Shown: in pieces, positions 38,721 through 51,215 of the stretch | How positions within the stretch are numbered: position 1 is the stretch's first letter | Layout: each line of letters starts with the position of its first letter | Origin: the human T2T-CHM13v2.0 reference genome, Homo sapiens | Assembly (NCBI RefSeq): GCF_009914755.1 | Contig: NC_060932.1 | Length of the DNA: 64,000 nt | Reading direction: 5' to 3' (one strand) | The notes under the pieces: model-generated | Told to the model about the DNA's origin: nothing | Database searches by the model: none | Seen by the model: the letters and a program-made list of their open reading frames with translations, nothing else | Translations under genes and position numbers: made by a program

Positions 38721-39265
38721 GTGCCCTTAGTGTATCCCAGGCTTCATGGAAGAGGAATGAGGAACAGGTCCCCAGCTTGGTGCTCAGGTGCCTGTTTGAT
38801 TCTTGTGGTGACAACACGGGTGATGCTGGCGGGGACTGGGTACTTGACACCTTGCAAAGGCATCTGTGAAGGGTGGGATGCACTCAGAAGACAGCATAAG
38901 GTTTTTGATTTAGAGGAATAAAAAAAAATAAAGCACAGGGGAAGAACTTGGTGATACTGGACAGGTCCTCCTCTGCCCTTTGCCTTGCACCCCGGGTCAG
39001 GCGCAAGGTGTCCACATATGGAGGAAATAGGTGGGAATCGCTGCCCTCGATGCAGGAAGAACCAGAAGATTCACAGAGCCTTCGAGTTAGAAGGGACTCG
39101 AGGATTTTCTGTTGCGAAGCCTGATTTCACAGAGGAGGAAACAGGAGCACTGAGGCCGTAAGTGGGTGGTCTGGGCTTACACCAGGGTAGGGGCAGGGTG
39201 GGCCGGACGGCTTTTCAGGCAGTTTTGGCTGCAACACACTGCTCAAGGTTTCTCTGGAAAGATGA

Positions 39266-40588
39266 AGACCCCCCCCGCCATTCCCACTCTAAACATCCCA
39301 GACCCCCCACCATTCCCCCTCTAAACATCCCAGACCCCCTGCCATTCCCCCTGTAAACATCCCAGAACCCCCGGCCATTCCCCCTCTAAACATCCCAGAC
39401 CCCCCGCCATTCCCCCTCTAAACATCCCAGACCCCCTGCCATTCCCCATCTAAACCTCCCAGACCCCCTGCCATTCCCCCTCTAAACCTCCCAGACCCCC
39501 TGCCATTCCCCCTCTAAACATCCCACACCCCCTGCCATTCCCCCTCTAAACATCCCACACCCCGCCGCCATTCCCCCTGTAAACATCCACACCCCCCGCC
39601 ATTCCCCCTCTAAATATCCAGACCCCCCGCCATTCCCCCTCTAAACATCCCAGACCCCCCCGCCATTCCCCCTCCAAACATCCCAGACCCCCCGCCATTC
39701 CCCCTCTAAACATCCCACACCCACCTGCCATTCCCCCTCTAAATATCCAGACCCCCCGCCATTCCCCCTCTAAACATCCCAGACCCCCCCGCCATTCCCC
39801 CTCCAAACATCCCAGACCCCCCGCCATTCCCCCTCTAAACTCCCACACCCACCTGCCATTCCCCCTCTAAATATCCAGACCCCCCGCCATTCCCCCTCTA
39901 AACATCCCAGACCCCTCCGCCATTCCCCCTCCAAACATCCCAGACCCCCTGCCATTCCCACTCTAAACATCCCACACACCCCTGCCATTCCCCCTCTAAA
40001 CATCCCACACCCCGCTGCCATTCCCCCTCTAAACATCCCAGACCCCCCGCCATTCCCCCTCTAAACATCCCACACCCCCCTGCCATTCCCCCTCTAAATA
40101 TCCCGATTCCCCGCCATTCCCACTCTAAACATCCCACACACCCCTGCCATTCCCCCTCTAAACATCCCACACCCCGCTGCCATTCCCCCTCTAAACATCC
40201 CAGAACCCCCGCCATTCCCCCTCTAAACATCCCACACCCCCCTGCCATTCCCCCTCTAAATATCCCGATTCCCCGCCATTCCCACTCTAAACATCCCACA
40301 CACCCCTGCCATTCCCCCTCTAAACATCCCAGACCCCCCCGCCATTCCCCCTCTAAACATCCCAGAACCCCGCCATTCCCCCTCTAAACATCCCAGACCC
40401 CCCCATTCCCCCTCTAAACATCCCACACACCCCGCCATTCCCCCTCTAAACATCCCACACCCCCCGCCATTCCCCCTCTAAACATCCCACACCCCCCGCC
40501 ATTCCCCCTCTAAACATCCCACACCCCCCACCATTCCCCCTCTAAACATCCCACACACACCCCATTCCCCCTCTAAACATCCCACACC
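39266..40588. repeat. C-rich minisatellite, about 31-32-bp unit GCCATTCCCCCTCTAAACATCCCAGACCCCCC, roughly 40 copies
   Basis: Continuous 1.3-kb array. Confidence 0.98.
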
Positions 40589-43269
40589 GCGGTACTCAAG
40601 CAGTGTTTGCCTGGCTTTGGTTGAGAGTTCCCGGCAACAATGAGGGCTGCAGTCTAATTATACTTAGAAGGAAATATTGATCTTGGTTTCCATGATTTAT
40701 AGTACAAGTCATTTCCACTTTAATTTGAGTTACCAAGAATGGACACATTAGTGCAGGATGGAATTGAAATGTATTGGGCACTATAGAAATTACTTTGGTC
40801 TCTGGCTTTGTTTTTTCACCTCAGAAATGTGTATTTTTTTCTTCCTGCCATTGCAGTTCTAATTTTCTGTGTTGTGTCTCTGGGAGGAGTGAGTTGGTGC
40901 ACCTGCTCATCCTGATTCATGATTTTCTTGTGCCTGTCAGTCTGAGACAGGCCACACTGATGTGTTTGCATCGGGTTGAAGGCTGAGAATTCTGACTCAG
41001 ACCTGGCGACCCTGGCCTCTCCTTTTTGCAGACCTTAGAAAAGTGAGTGACTCACTGTAGAACCCAGGGCTACGCAGCCCCTTGCCTTCCTGGAGGAAGC
41101 AAAGGCAAGACGTGGAATCCAGTTTGTTCTCCTCTTGGTTGATCATGTGGTCATGGAATCAGTGCACGATCCACCTGCTCTGCCGGCCACCAGCGTTTAA
41201 AGACAAATGCAATGTTGTCTCTGCTTTAGGGGAAATTATTGTGTCCTACAGAGAGACAGTAACATGAACGAAGAGTTCCTGTGCTGGGGTGCACACCAGG
41301 GACTCCAGGCACACACAGCATGATGTAACAACACTGCATCAGAAGCCAGGGGGTGAGAGGGTTCTCTGCAGAAAAGGTCCGAGGAGGGGACTTCAATGCT
41401 GAGTCTTTTACAATAGATTGCCAGGCAGACAGAGATATTCTAGTTAGTGGAGGAAACCTGCAAAGACTACCTGGAGATGCAGAGAGGGCAGGTGCGTCCT
41501 GGGCTTGCCGCCACGTTGGGTGTGGGACACAGGCTGTGGGCCAGACACCAAGAGCAGGTGCAGGTGTGCGGGGATTGGGAGCCTCATGGAGACCCCACAC
41601 TGCAGAGACTTCCTCCCGCTGTCTTCCAGAGCTGTGGGAGCCACACCAGTGTGCCAGGCCGTGGTGCAGAGGCTGTCCTGTGAACAGTGAAAACCAGGGA
41701 ACTCAGATTTACATCCCGTTTATTATGTAATGGGAGGGAGGCGCCTTGCTCATGGAAATCCCTCTGGAACTGCATGAATTGGGAGGACTCTGTGGGTTGT
41801 TCTGGAGATGAGTGGGGAGGGAGGCAGGGGAAGGGCAGAGGTTTGGGGGCTCAGATCCATTCTTCTGGGTTTCCTTAAATCCCCAGTGAAGATGACATAA
41901 TCACAGAATTGTCTTCGTCAAATGATTTCCCGAGGTGGGGGCAGTAAAAGGGAGGATTTTTTTTTTTGCAGCTGAATAGAAACGCATGTGTAGGTAGGAG
42001 GTATGTGTGAGAAAGCCGTCAGCTGAAGTCCAGGCACTGAGGCCACTGCCCTACTGAATCTTGCTCCTGGATCTTGGTCCTGGGACAGGCGGGTGTCTGA
42101 GGGCTGAGGAGCAGCGTGTGCAGCTGACACGGGCCAGTTGTGTTTCTGAAGAAGTGGTTTCCAGTTATGTCCACACCCTGGTGTCTGGGGTCTCCCACGC
42201 TGAGGGAGCAGGCAATGGCAGGGGCGTTTCACGCGAGGGTGAGAACAAGAGCGCTCTGCCTCTCCCGCCTCCTGGCTCTGGAAAAAGCATCAGGAACATG
42301 TTCTAGAAAAAGCCGCCTGTGATTCCTTCTTAAATTCCCTGGCTACCCTGGGATCTGGGATTCCTGGCCCTTCTGTTAAGAATCCCAGGTATCTCGGCCG
42401 TTATTTTTAGGCACTGCCACTTGTCATGATGTTCTTCCTGCAGTGAGAGCTGGGACATTTGGCTCCCGGGAAGCTTGGTTCCTTACTTCCATTTGAATTT
42501 CATTTGTTCTCTGGAACCCTTGCCAGCCCATTCTGAGTTTCTGATTAAAGCCCTTCCCGTCGTCCTGGTGGCCACGCCCTGGCTCCCAGCCCTTCTTACT
42601 GGGCTGCTGAAACACAGTGGTGGGCGTTGGCACAGGAAAAAGGGCCCCACTTGGTTTTTCTTTAAAAATCTTTGGAGTCTTATGACATCCTTGATCTTCA
42701 TTTTTTGGACTCTCAATGAAACAACATAATGTATGTAAAACCCGCAATTTTGAGTCCTTTTGCTGGAATTCATTTGGCCTCTGTCTTGTCAAGAGGAGTA
42801 ACCGAGGGGATGTTTGGTCCCCATGGCTGGAAGGAAACGGAGGAATGTTTGCCTCATGTACGTTTTATTTGTTAATCTTTCTTTTATTTGAGGAATGTTC
42901 TGTTATCAGTGGAAATATTCCCTTCTAGGAAATATTGCAGCACAAACATGTACTGTAAGACCTCGTGGCATTCCTGTGAGTTGGCTAGGATCTTGGAGGA
43001 AGAGCAAGTGTCTGATGTTTTTGTCGACAAACCTTTTCCTTTTCACCTTTTCCCTCTCACCTTTGGCCTCTAGACACTTTCCTGACCAAAGTCCATAAAC
43101 ACACATGCAGTCCAGCAGCCACGTGTGTTCTGAAATAGAAAAGGGTGACAAATGTTCTCTGAAGTTCATAACCTTTGGATTTTCACACACTGTGAATAAT
43201 TCATAGGAGGGACTCTCATGATCCGGTTCTTTTCTTCTTATGATTTGTAAAGGGAAAAATTCTCACTAG

Positions 43270-43710
43270 AGATGAGAAAGACTGATAAATGGTTCCAGGT
43301 TAAATAAAACTAGAGATGTCACAAGTGCAACGTGTGGTTTTGTGCTGAGTTTTGTTTTTTCATTTCCTATAAAACACAAGAGTGGAACAATTGGCAAAAT
43401 GTGAATAAGGTTTGTCAGTGAAGTACTAGTATTTCAAGATTTTGATCATCATATTGTGATTATTATGAAAATGCCATTGGTTTTAGTAAGCACATAATGA
43501 ATCATTTATTATGTGAAGGGCTATTATGCCTGCAATGTAGTCTCATGTGGCTCTGAAAAAAATTACATGAAAGACAGAGAAAGAATCGTGAACATAAAAT
43601 GTCAGGGTTTGGGAAATCAGGGTAAAGAGTATGTAGGAATTCCCTGTACTGCTTTTGTAACTTTTCTATATGTCTGAAATTATTTCAAAATGAAAAATTA
43701 AAAAAAAAAT
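43270..43710 (+). mobile_element. Old L1 (L1MC/ME-like) 3' end
   Basis: ACAATTGGCAAAATGTGAATAAGG ... GTAACTTTTCTATATGTCTGAAATTATTTCAAAATGAAAAATTAAAAAAA. Confidence 0.75.
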
Positions 43711-44187
43711 TTCTTAAGATGAAGAAATGTTGATAACCAACAGTTTGAAAAAGATCAGTCAGCATTTCACATTCCTGATTGAAAACATAACTTCCCCCTT
43801 TCCCCTCGATCTTTCTGTAGCTTCTTAGACTGTTTTGGGCAAAGATAAACAATATTGGAAATATATGGTTAGGGTTTTTTCTTCTTTCCTGCAAGAATAT
43901 GTGGGAAGGAAGTGATATTTTCTGGAGTTCCTATGGACTCGTCTATAAGCATACCTTCCGATCCTGTCCCCGTCCGTTCCTGCAGAACCCTGCACAGTGG
44001 CAGCTGCTGTCTGTTCCCTTCAGAGAAGGAAGCTTTGGCTTATGGGTGGTCGGGTTGTGACGGGAATTCAGGCCTCTCTAGGGTCAGACCCTCTTTGCCA
44101 CATCCGCTGCTTCCTTGACCCCTGATCATTCTGTGGGTTAGGGAGCCCTCTGTCCTGGAACAAATGACGGCCCTGGCCATGGTCCCG

Positions 44188-45276
44188 GGGGTGAGGGCAG
44201 AGTCTGCTGTGGACACCTGGCTGTGGGCATGAGGGGAGGGTGAGGGCAGAGCCTGCTGTGCAGATACCTGGCTGTGGGCACGAGGGTGAGGGCAGAGCCT
44301 GCAGTGGACATCTGGCTGTGGGCACGAGGGGAGGGTGAGGGCAGAGCCTGCTGTGGAGACACCTGGCTGTGGGCACAAGGGTGAGGGCAGAGCCTGCTGT
44401 GGAGACACCTGGCCGTGGGCATGAGGGGAGGGTGAGGGCAGAGCCTGCTGTGGAGACATCTGGCCGTGGGCACGAGGGGAGGGTGAGGGCAGAGCCTGCT
44501 GTGGAGACACCTGGCTGTGGGCACGAGGGGAGGGTGAGGGCAGAGCCTGCTGTGGACACCTGGCCGTGGGCACAAGGGGAGGGTGAGGGCAGAGCCTGCT
44601 GTGGAGACACCTGGCCGTGGGCACGAGGGGAGGGTGAGGGCAGAGCCTGCTGTGGAGACACCTGGCCGTGGGCACGAGGGGAGGGTGAGGGCAGAGCCTG
44701 CTGTGGACACCTGGCCGTGGGCACGAGGGGAGGGTGAGGGCAGAGCCTGCTATGGAGACACCTGGCCGTGGGCACGAGGGGAGGGTGAGGGCAGAGCCTG
44801 CTGTGGAGACACCTGGCCGTGGGCACGAGGGGAGGGTGAGGGCAGAGCCTGCTGTGGAGACACCTGGCCGTGGGCACGAGGGGAGGGTGAGGGCAGAGCC
44901 TGCTGTGGAGACACCTGGCCGTGGGCACGAGGGGAGGGTGAGGGCAGAGCCTGCTGTGGAGACACCTGGCCGTGGGCACGAGGGGAGGGTGAGGGCAGAG
45001 CCTGCTGTGGAGACACCTGGCCGTGGGCACGAGGGGAGGGTGAGGGCAGAGCCTGCTGTGGAGACACCTGGCCGTGGGCACGAGGGGAGGGTGAGGGCAG
45101 AGCCTGCTGTGGAGACACCTGGCCGTGGGCACGAGGGGAGGGTGAGGGCAGAGCCTGCTGTGGAGACACCTGGCCGTGGGCACGAGGGGAGGGTGAGGGC
45201 AGAGCCTGCTGTGGAGACACCTGGCCGTGGGCACGAGGGGAGGGTGAGGGCAGAGACTGCTGTGGAGACACCTGGC
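44188..45276. repeat. 51-bp minisatellite, about 21-22 copies
   Basis: Unit GGGTGAGGGCAGAGCCTGCTGTGGAGACACCTGGCCGTGGGCACGAGGGGA; 17-aa periodicity in the ORF track. Confidence 0.98.
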
Positions 45277-46179
45277 TCTTTGTTTTCATCCCACTTAGTG
45301 GGAACGGCAGCCTGTCGGAGTCGATCTATTTCCAGCTCCATTGAGTGGGACCTGCTTGAAACAGGCCACCTCTTCGATTCTTGCCTTGGTTTCTGCCCAT
45401 CCCTACTTGGGGTGGCTCTGAGTCAGCTGCGCCTCCCAGGGGGTGGAGAGGAAGCGAGTGCTCACTTCTGCGAGGAGGCGTGTGACGTGGCTATTCCCGG
45501 CTTGTGGTGGGGACGGTGGAGGCAGAGCGGGCACTGGGTGCAGATGCGGAAACTCATCCTGCTTCATGCTCGCTCATGCTCATGAGCTCAGGGAGGCGGT
45601 GGACCCCAGCCCTGTGCCGGCTCTCGGGGAGATGGAACATTTGGGGAACCAGAGTACCCACCTTTTCTTCAGTTCAAGGCTATTCTGTCTGAAGAAGAAC
45701 AGATCAGACGCACAGGTGTTCTCGGCTATAAGAGCAACAGAAGGAAAGAGTGATTTGCTGTCCAAAGATAGAGCTTTCCCTCAGCTCTGCCTCTTTAAAG
45801 TCTAAAGAGCATTCAGCATTCCCATAGTCTCCTTTCTGTCTCTTCAGCGTTTCCAAACCCTCTGAGTGTGATTTGTAGGAACGTGTATTACTCGGCTTCC
45901 GTTGGCACTGGGAAGGGCACAATACCTCAGCCCAGCAGAACCGTGTACCGCGAGCTGTGTAAGTGGCCATTAAACCCCACACACTTGAAGAGAGCCTGCT
46001 GCCATTCCCGCAGGGGACGCTGAGGCGGCTGCCCCTCGGGAGTGTTGGAAACAGCTTCTCTGAGCGACTCCACCATGGGGGCGTCTCTCTTCCTTCCCGG
46101 TGTGGGTCAAGGGCTCAGAGATGTGCTCTTTGCCTTGGACCCAAAGCTGTGTGTGGGAGTCCTCGCTGTACAAACCTTG

Positions 46180-46475
46180 TGTCAGCTGCCAACCACATGC
46201 GGTCGTGAGCCCAGGATGCCCGGCTCCTCAGTCCAGAGGGTCTGTCCATGTAAAGCATTTTACATGCTGGATTTTGAAGACTTGGTATGAAAACACATGT
46301 GAAGTAGCTTATTAATTTTTTTATGTGGATTGCATGTGGAAGTGATATTTTGCATATGTTGGATTAAATAAACTATATTAAAATTAATCTCACCTGTTTC
46401 TTATGGTTTTAATGTAGTTAATAAAGCCATAAATGGCACATGTGCTCACACTGTATTTCTCTTGGACGGTGTGGC
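46180..46475 (-). mobile_element. MER33-like hAT-Charlie fossil
   Basis: GGATTTTGAAGACTTGGTATGAAAA, TATATTAAAATTAATCTCACCTGTTTCTT, TATTTCTCTTGGAC. Confidence 0.75.
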
Positions 46476-46491
46476 TCTGTCGCATTTGCAT

Positions 46492-47511
46492 ACTCCTGCA
46501 CCGAGTTCCATGTTTCAGGGCCGGGTGTGCCTCAGTCGTGTTCTGTCATCCGTCGTGTCTAAGTGTGTTTCCTTCACAAGATCTCTACACCCCAGCAGCC
46601 CAGGAGCCGTGCGTCCTGCTCTAGTTTCAGAGCTTCCCTCAAAGCATAGTGGTTCCTGTTTGTTGGATACTCGGTGGAATTCCACATAAACCTCTGGGTT
46701 GGCTTTTTGTTTTTCAGGGAGTATGAGTGTTTATGTGCTTTTTATGTGGTTATTATTAAAATGTCTATCAATTATTGTTCATATTTGCTTAATGAAATTT
46801 GGAGAGCTGCATAAGAGTGGGGACATTTAACAATGATTGTTTCTAGGAAACTGGGAACAGTCTAAGAGTCAGAGTAGGAAGTTCATTAAAATGACCGAGG
46901 ACCCTGCCCAGTGGGACCCGTCTCCAACCTGCTGGAAATTAGCTCGCGGAGCACGTTGTGGGTTGAGCTGCCGGTGTGTTCTGACTGAGTGGAACAGAAC
47001 ACTGTGTACCGTGTGTCGCTGAGTCACAGTCGGTTTATGAAGAGGGTCTCTGAAGAGAGTGAGCCCCTGTAGGAGTCTGTGTGGCCCGGTCAGCAGAGCC
47101 TAGAGGGCCAGAGCAAGCAGCCTTGACTGCTCCCATCAAGAAAGAGAAGGGGACCCAAGGGGGCTCTATTTGAAGGTGGCCACACATGCTTCTACATTGG
47201 AAAAAGCAAAGTGCAGGAACCGACCAATGTGTAAAACTCGGGAAGGATGTTTGCTGTTGAGTAGGACCTCTGATTGCATTGCCTCCCCTGGGAGATGGCG
47301 GCCTTTCTTTTAAGAACTTAATGCCTAGGGAGGAAGGGAAGCCCAGCCGCCTCTCCCTCTCAGAGGGAAGCTCTGAAACTAGAGCAGGACGCATGGCTCC
47401 TGGGCTGCTGGGGTGTAGAGATCTTGTGAAGGAAACACACTTAGACATGACGGATGACAGAACACGACTGAGGCACACCAGGCCCTGAAACATGGAACTC
47501 GGTGCAGGAGT
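46492..47511. repeat. 149-bp inverted repeat (arms 46492-46640 and 47363-47511, spacer 722 bp)
   Basis: Base-by-base reverse-complement comparison gives 3 mismatches; the same peptide appears in ORFs 46462..46689(+) and 47035..47493(-). Confidence 0.97.
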
Positions 47512-49081
47512 CTGAGCTGGAGCCTAGTTGGAAGCTGGAGCCTGGTTGCAAGCTGAGTGCAAGGTCCTCTCTTTTTGTTTTGGTTTTTTAGTTGCTGTTG
47601 GGCACTTAGGGTACAGCATGGAGGTGGCAGGGAGCTGCTGTTTAAGGGAATGCTCTGCAGATGCCCGGGAAGTTGGATGAGAGCATTTAGTCAACTTTTT
47701 CATGACTTTTGAATAAAAGTGCTGACCAGGAGAATGTTTCCAGCAGTGTAGGAGAAGATTCTGGTCCATCGTTTCACCACCGTGGACCATTTTCACAAAG
47801 CGCACTGCGTGACGTCAATGGGTAATCAATACTGCCCTTTCTAAAGGCCTAGGCTTATGTGTGAACTTTCCTCAGGCCTCAGAGCTGGTGGCGGGACCTG
47901 TTTCTGTGTACAGAGGTCTTGCCATGATGGCCTCCTGTGTGAAGGCCCCGCACATCTACAGACATGTGGTGCCCTTCAGCCATGGCACTCTTCTTAAGAC
48001 TTTCTCCTGAGGACGCTCCTCAAGTCTCCCTCGCTCGCCTGACGAGGTGCTGCCTGTCTTGCTGTTGTACTGGGAAAATGCTATCATTTAGAAAGGATCT
48101 CTCAGCTGTGAGTCCTCTCTAGTCATTATCACCATGATGGGCATGCTGTTTCTTATGGATTCAAAAACATGCCCATATTTCACCATATTAAGATCAAAAC
48201 AAGAGTGATGTTTTAAGTTTTTCATCATCTCTATTGTTTTAAAATCGGATCTAATTGTCACTGGCTTTCTCCAAAAAAATTTTTTTAAGAAGCCTATTTT
48301 TCCCCATGACTATGAGAGAGACTTCTTTAAAGAGATGCCAGTTAATGGAATTTTTTAGAATGTCGCATGATTTTCAAAGCCAAAAACAACACAGTGGAAA
48401 GACCCTCAGCTCTGTGGATGGTGGGGTGCATTTATCAGAGAGAGAGCAATCTTTCTCCACACAGGTCCCTGGAGTTGCTTGGGGCTGGAGGAGCTGGAGG
48501 AAATGCTGGAGAGAATACCCTTGGAAGGCAGGGGCCTTATCTTGCCCAACTGCCTCGCTGGGTGCCAGGTGGAGCTTGGATGGGACAGGGTCTTCTCCTC
48601 CATCTCCTACAATCAAGGGAATCTGGTGTTGTCTGCGTCTGTGCCCTGTGTCCTAAGGTGTATGTTCCCTGTCTAGGCCTCATTTTTCTCTTACCGAAAG
48701 TGAAGGAGTGGGATCGACTCTACGGACGCCTCCAAGTTCAGTGTCCTGCCTTTTTGTGACTCTGTGAGGAGGTGACAGGTGCCTGGGGTAGGGGGACAGG
48801 AGGTGTCCATCCCGGCCTTTCTGCAGTGCTGATCCAAGGTGGAGCTGAGGGTAGTTCAGCAGTTCTTACTCTCATATCAGGACCCTCTGGCCTTGTGTCT
48901 CAGACAACTATTCCTTCCACACATATCTGCTGAGGCCCTGCCGTGCACTGTGAAAGAGGAGGGGTGCTGCGCTTCCTGACTTAGGACATCAAACGTGCAG
49001 TGTGAGCTGCGGATCTCACACGAGCCTGGGAAGGCCACAAAGCTCAATGACAAGTTAGACTCAGCATGTTTTCCCTTTAAA

Positions 49082-49288
49082 TTGAGACAGGGTCTCTCTC
49101 TGTTGCCCAGGCTGGAGTATAATGGTGACAGAGAGAGACCCTTTGAAGGCTCACTACAGCCCAGAACTCCCAGGCTTAAGCGATCCTCCTTCCTCCGTCT
49201 CTGGGTAGCTAGGACTACAGGTATGCGCCACCATGCCTGGCTGATTTTTAAATTTTTTTGTAGAGACAAGGTCTCACTATGTTGCCCA
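49082..49288 (-). mobile_element. Partial Alu (AluJ-like)
   Basis: TTGAGACAGGGTCTC..GCCCAGGCTGGAGT...GTAGAGACAAGGTCTCACTATGTTGCCCA. Confidence 0.85.
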
Positions 49289-49933
49289 TAGAGAGCTTGA
49301 GGTTGGATCCAAGTTCTCAAGGGGACGGAGGTGAAGAAGAAAGACCAGGCCTGGACCCTGAGCAGGCTGTAGTGGATGCATGGTTTGTGTGGAGCACACG
49401 GTGGGGGTAGGGAAGGGATCTGGGCCAGACCCAGCCTACAAGGGCCTCCCCTGCTCCCTGCAGAAGCAGTTCCTTATTCCTGACTGCAAGAAAGAGGCTT
49501 GGATGGCCACACTGGCCTCCTGCTCAGAAGCCAGAGTGTGACCTGGGGGTGACCAGCCGGCATGGCAGCCCTGTGTAGCTCAGCTTGTGGGGGGCTGTGG
49601 CCTGGCTGTGAGGTGGTGTGGGCACGGCCAGCCAATGTTTCAGCCCTGTGTGTCTCAGCACAGGGGCCACGGGAGCCAGAGGGAACCCAGGTCTCGGCTC
49701 TCATTGCCTCAGAGGCCAAGGAGAGGGCAGAGGATGGGAGAGAAAATGGCAGAAACTCCCAGGCCTCTGCCTTAAGCCCCGAGGAAGAGTGTGAGGATGA
49801 GACCAAGGTATGAGGTGAAGGGCATCTGTGCTAAGGAGGCTGAGCCTTTCTGTTCAGAAACCTCTGCAGGCAACCTCCAGAGACGCAGCAGAGCAGCCAC
49901 CGGCAGGGCTGCAGAAAGCGGGATCACGGCCCC

Positions 49934-50765
49934 TGCCTGGGAGTGGGAGGTGCAGACACAGGGGCTGGGGTGCCTGGGAGTGGGAGGTGCAGACACAGGG
50001 GCTGGGGTGCCTGGGAGTGGGAGGTGCAGACACAGGGGCTGGGGTGCCTGGGAGTGGGAGGTGCAGACACAGAGGGGCTGGGGTGCCTGGGAGTGGGAGG
50101 TGCAGACACAGGGGCTGGGGTGCCTGGGAGTGGGAGGTGCAGACACAGAGGGGCTGGGGTGCCTGGGAGTTGGAGGTGCAGACACAGGGGCTGGGGTGCC
50201 TGGGAGTGGTAGGTGCAGACACAGGGGGGCTGGGGTGCCTGGGAGTGGGAGGTGCAGACACAGAGGGGCTGGGGTGCCTGGGAGTGGGAGGTGCAGACAC
50301 AGGGGCTGGGGTGCCTGGGAGTGGGAGGTGCAGACACAGGGGCTGGGGTGCCTGGGAGTGGGAGGTGCAGACACAGAGGGGCTGGGGTGCCTGGGAGTGG
50401 GAGGTGCAGACACAGGGGCTGGGGTGCCTGGGAGTGGGAGGTGCAGACACAGAGGGGCTGGGGTGCCTGGGAGTGGGAGGTGCAGACACAGGGGCTGGGG
50501 TGCCTGGGAGTGGGAGGTGCAGACACAGGGGCTGGGGTGCCTGGGAGTGGGAGGTGCAGACACAGGGGCTGGGGTGCCTGGGAGTGGGAGGTGCAGACAC
50601 AGGGGGGCTGGGGTGCCTGGGAGTGGGAGGTGCAGACACAGGGGCTGGGGTGCCTGGGATTGGGAGGTGCAGACACAGGGGCTGGGGTGCCTGGGAGTGG
50701 GAGGTGCAGACACAGGGGCTGGGGTGCCTGGGAGTGGGAGGTGCAGACACAGGGGCTGGGGTGCC
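49934..50765. repeat. 37/39-bp G-rich minisatellite, about 22 copies
   Basis: Unit TGCCTGGGAGTGGGAGGTGCAGACACA(GA)GGGGCTGGGG; starts at 49934, 49971 and 50008. Confidence 0.98.
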
Positions 50766-51034
50766 CACTCGGAGGCCCCAGGCTGCGGTCCCATGAGGGG
50801 ATGGCTGAGGCCTTCCCAGGGTGAACACGTACAGGCTCCTGAGAGCGCACACCAGGCCCCCAACTGCCCATGAGAGAATCCGGGAATAGAAGGAGCCGGG
50901 ATCTCCGTCTTTAAGGTGGAAAGCTTCTTTGGCTGCTATGGAGTGCAGTAGGGTGCTTGGAATGTGAACGAAGGCCACAGAGCTGTGGAAAGACAGTGGG
51001 GCGTGGGGCGTGGGGCCTGAAGACATGGCTTATG

Positions 51035-51215
51035 GCTTGAGTTTTACTACGTATTTGATGACTCTTGTGACATTTACTTAAGTTCTCTGAGTTTCCATTT
51101 CACCTTTAAAATTGGGAGAACAATAATGGCGACATTCTGAGCTGGTCAGGTGGCCAGGATGGGCAGAGGCACGAAAACCAATGCCTGCGACATGAGGTGG
51201 TCCTGTGAGGTTGAC
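51035..51215. mobile_element. MIR fragment (followed by a (GA)n tract at about 51232-51273)
   Basis: TTACTTAAGTTCTCTGAGTTTCCATTTC..TAAAATTGGGAGAACAATAAT core-like motif. Confidence 0.5.

Noticed and set aside
39266-40588. Interstitial telomeric repeat (TTTAGAGGG on the minus strand)
   Set aside because: The period is 31-32 bp with no tandem TTAGGG hexamers.
44040-45585. ORFs up to 433 aa
   Set aside because: A stop-free 51-bp repeat unit explains their length.
49772-51026. ORFs of 315-390 aa on both strands
   Set aside because: Translations of the 37/39-bp VNTR.
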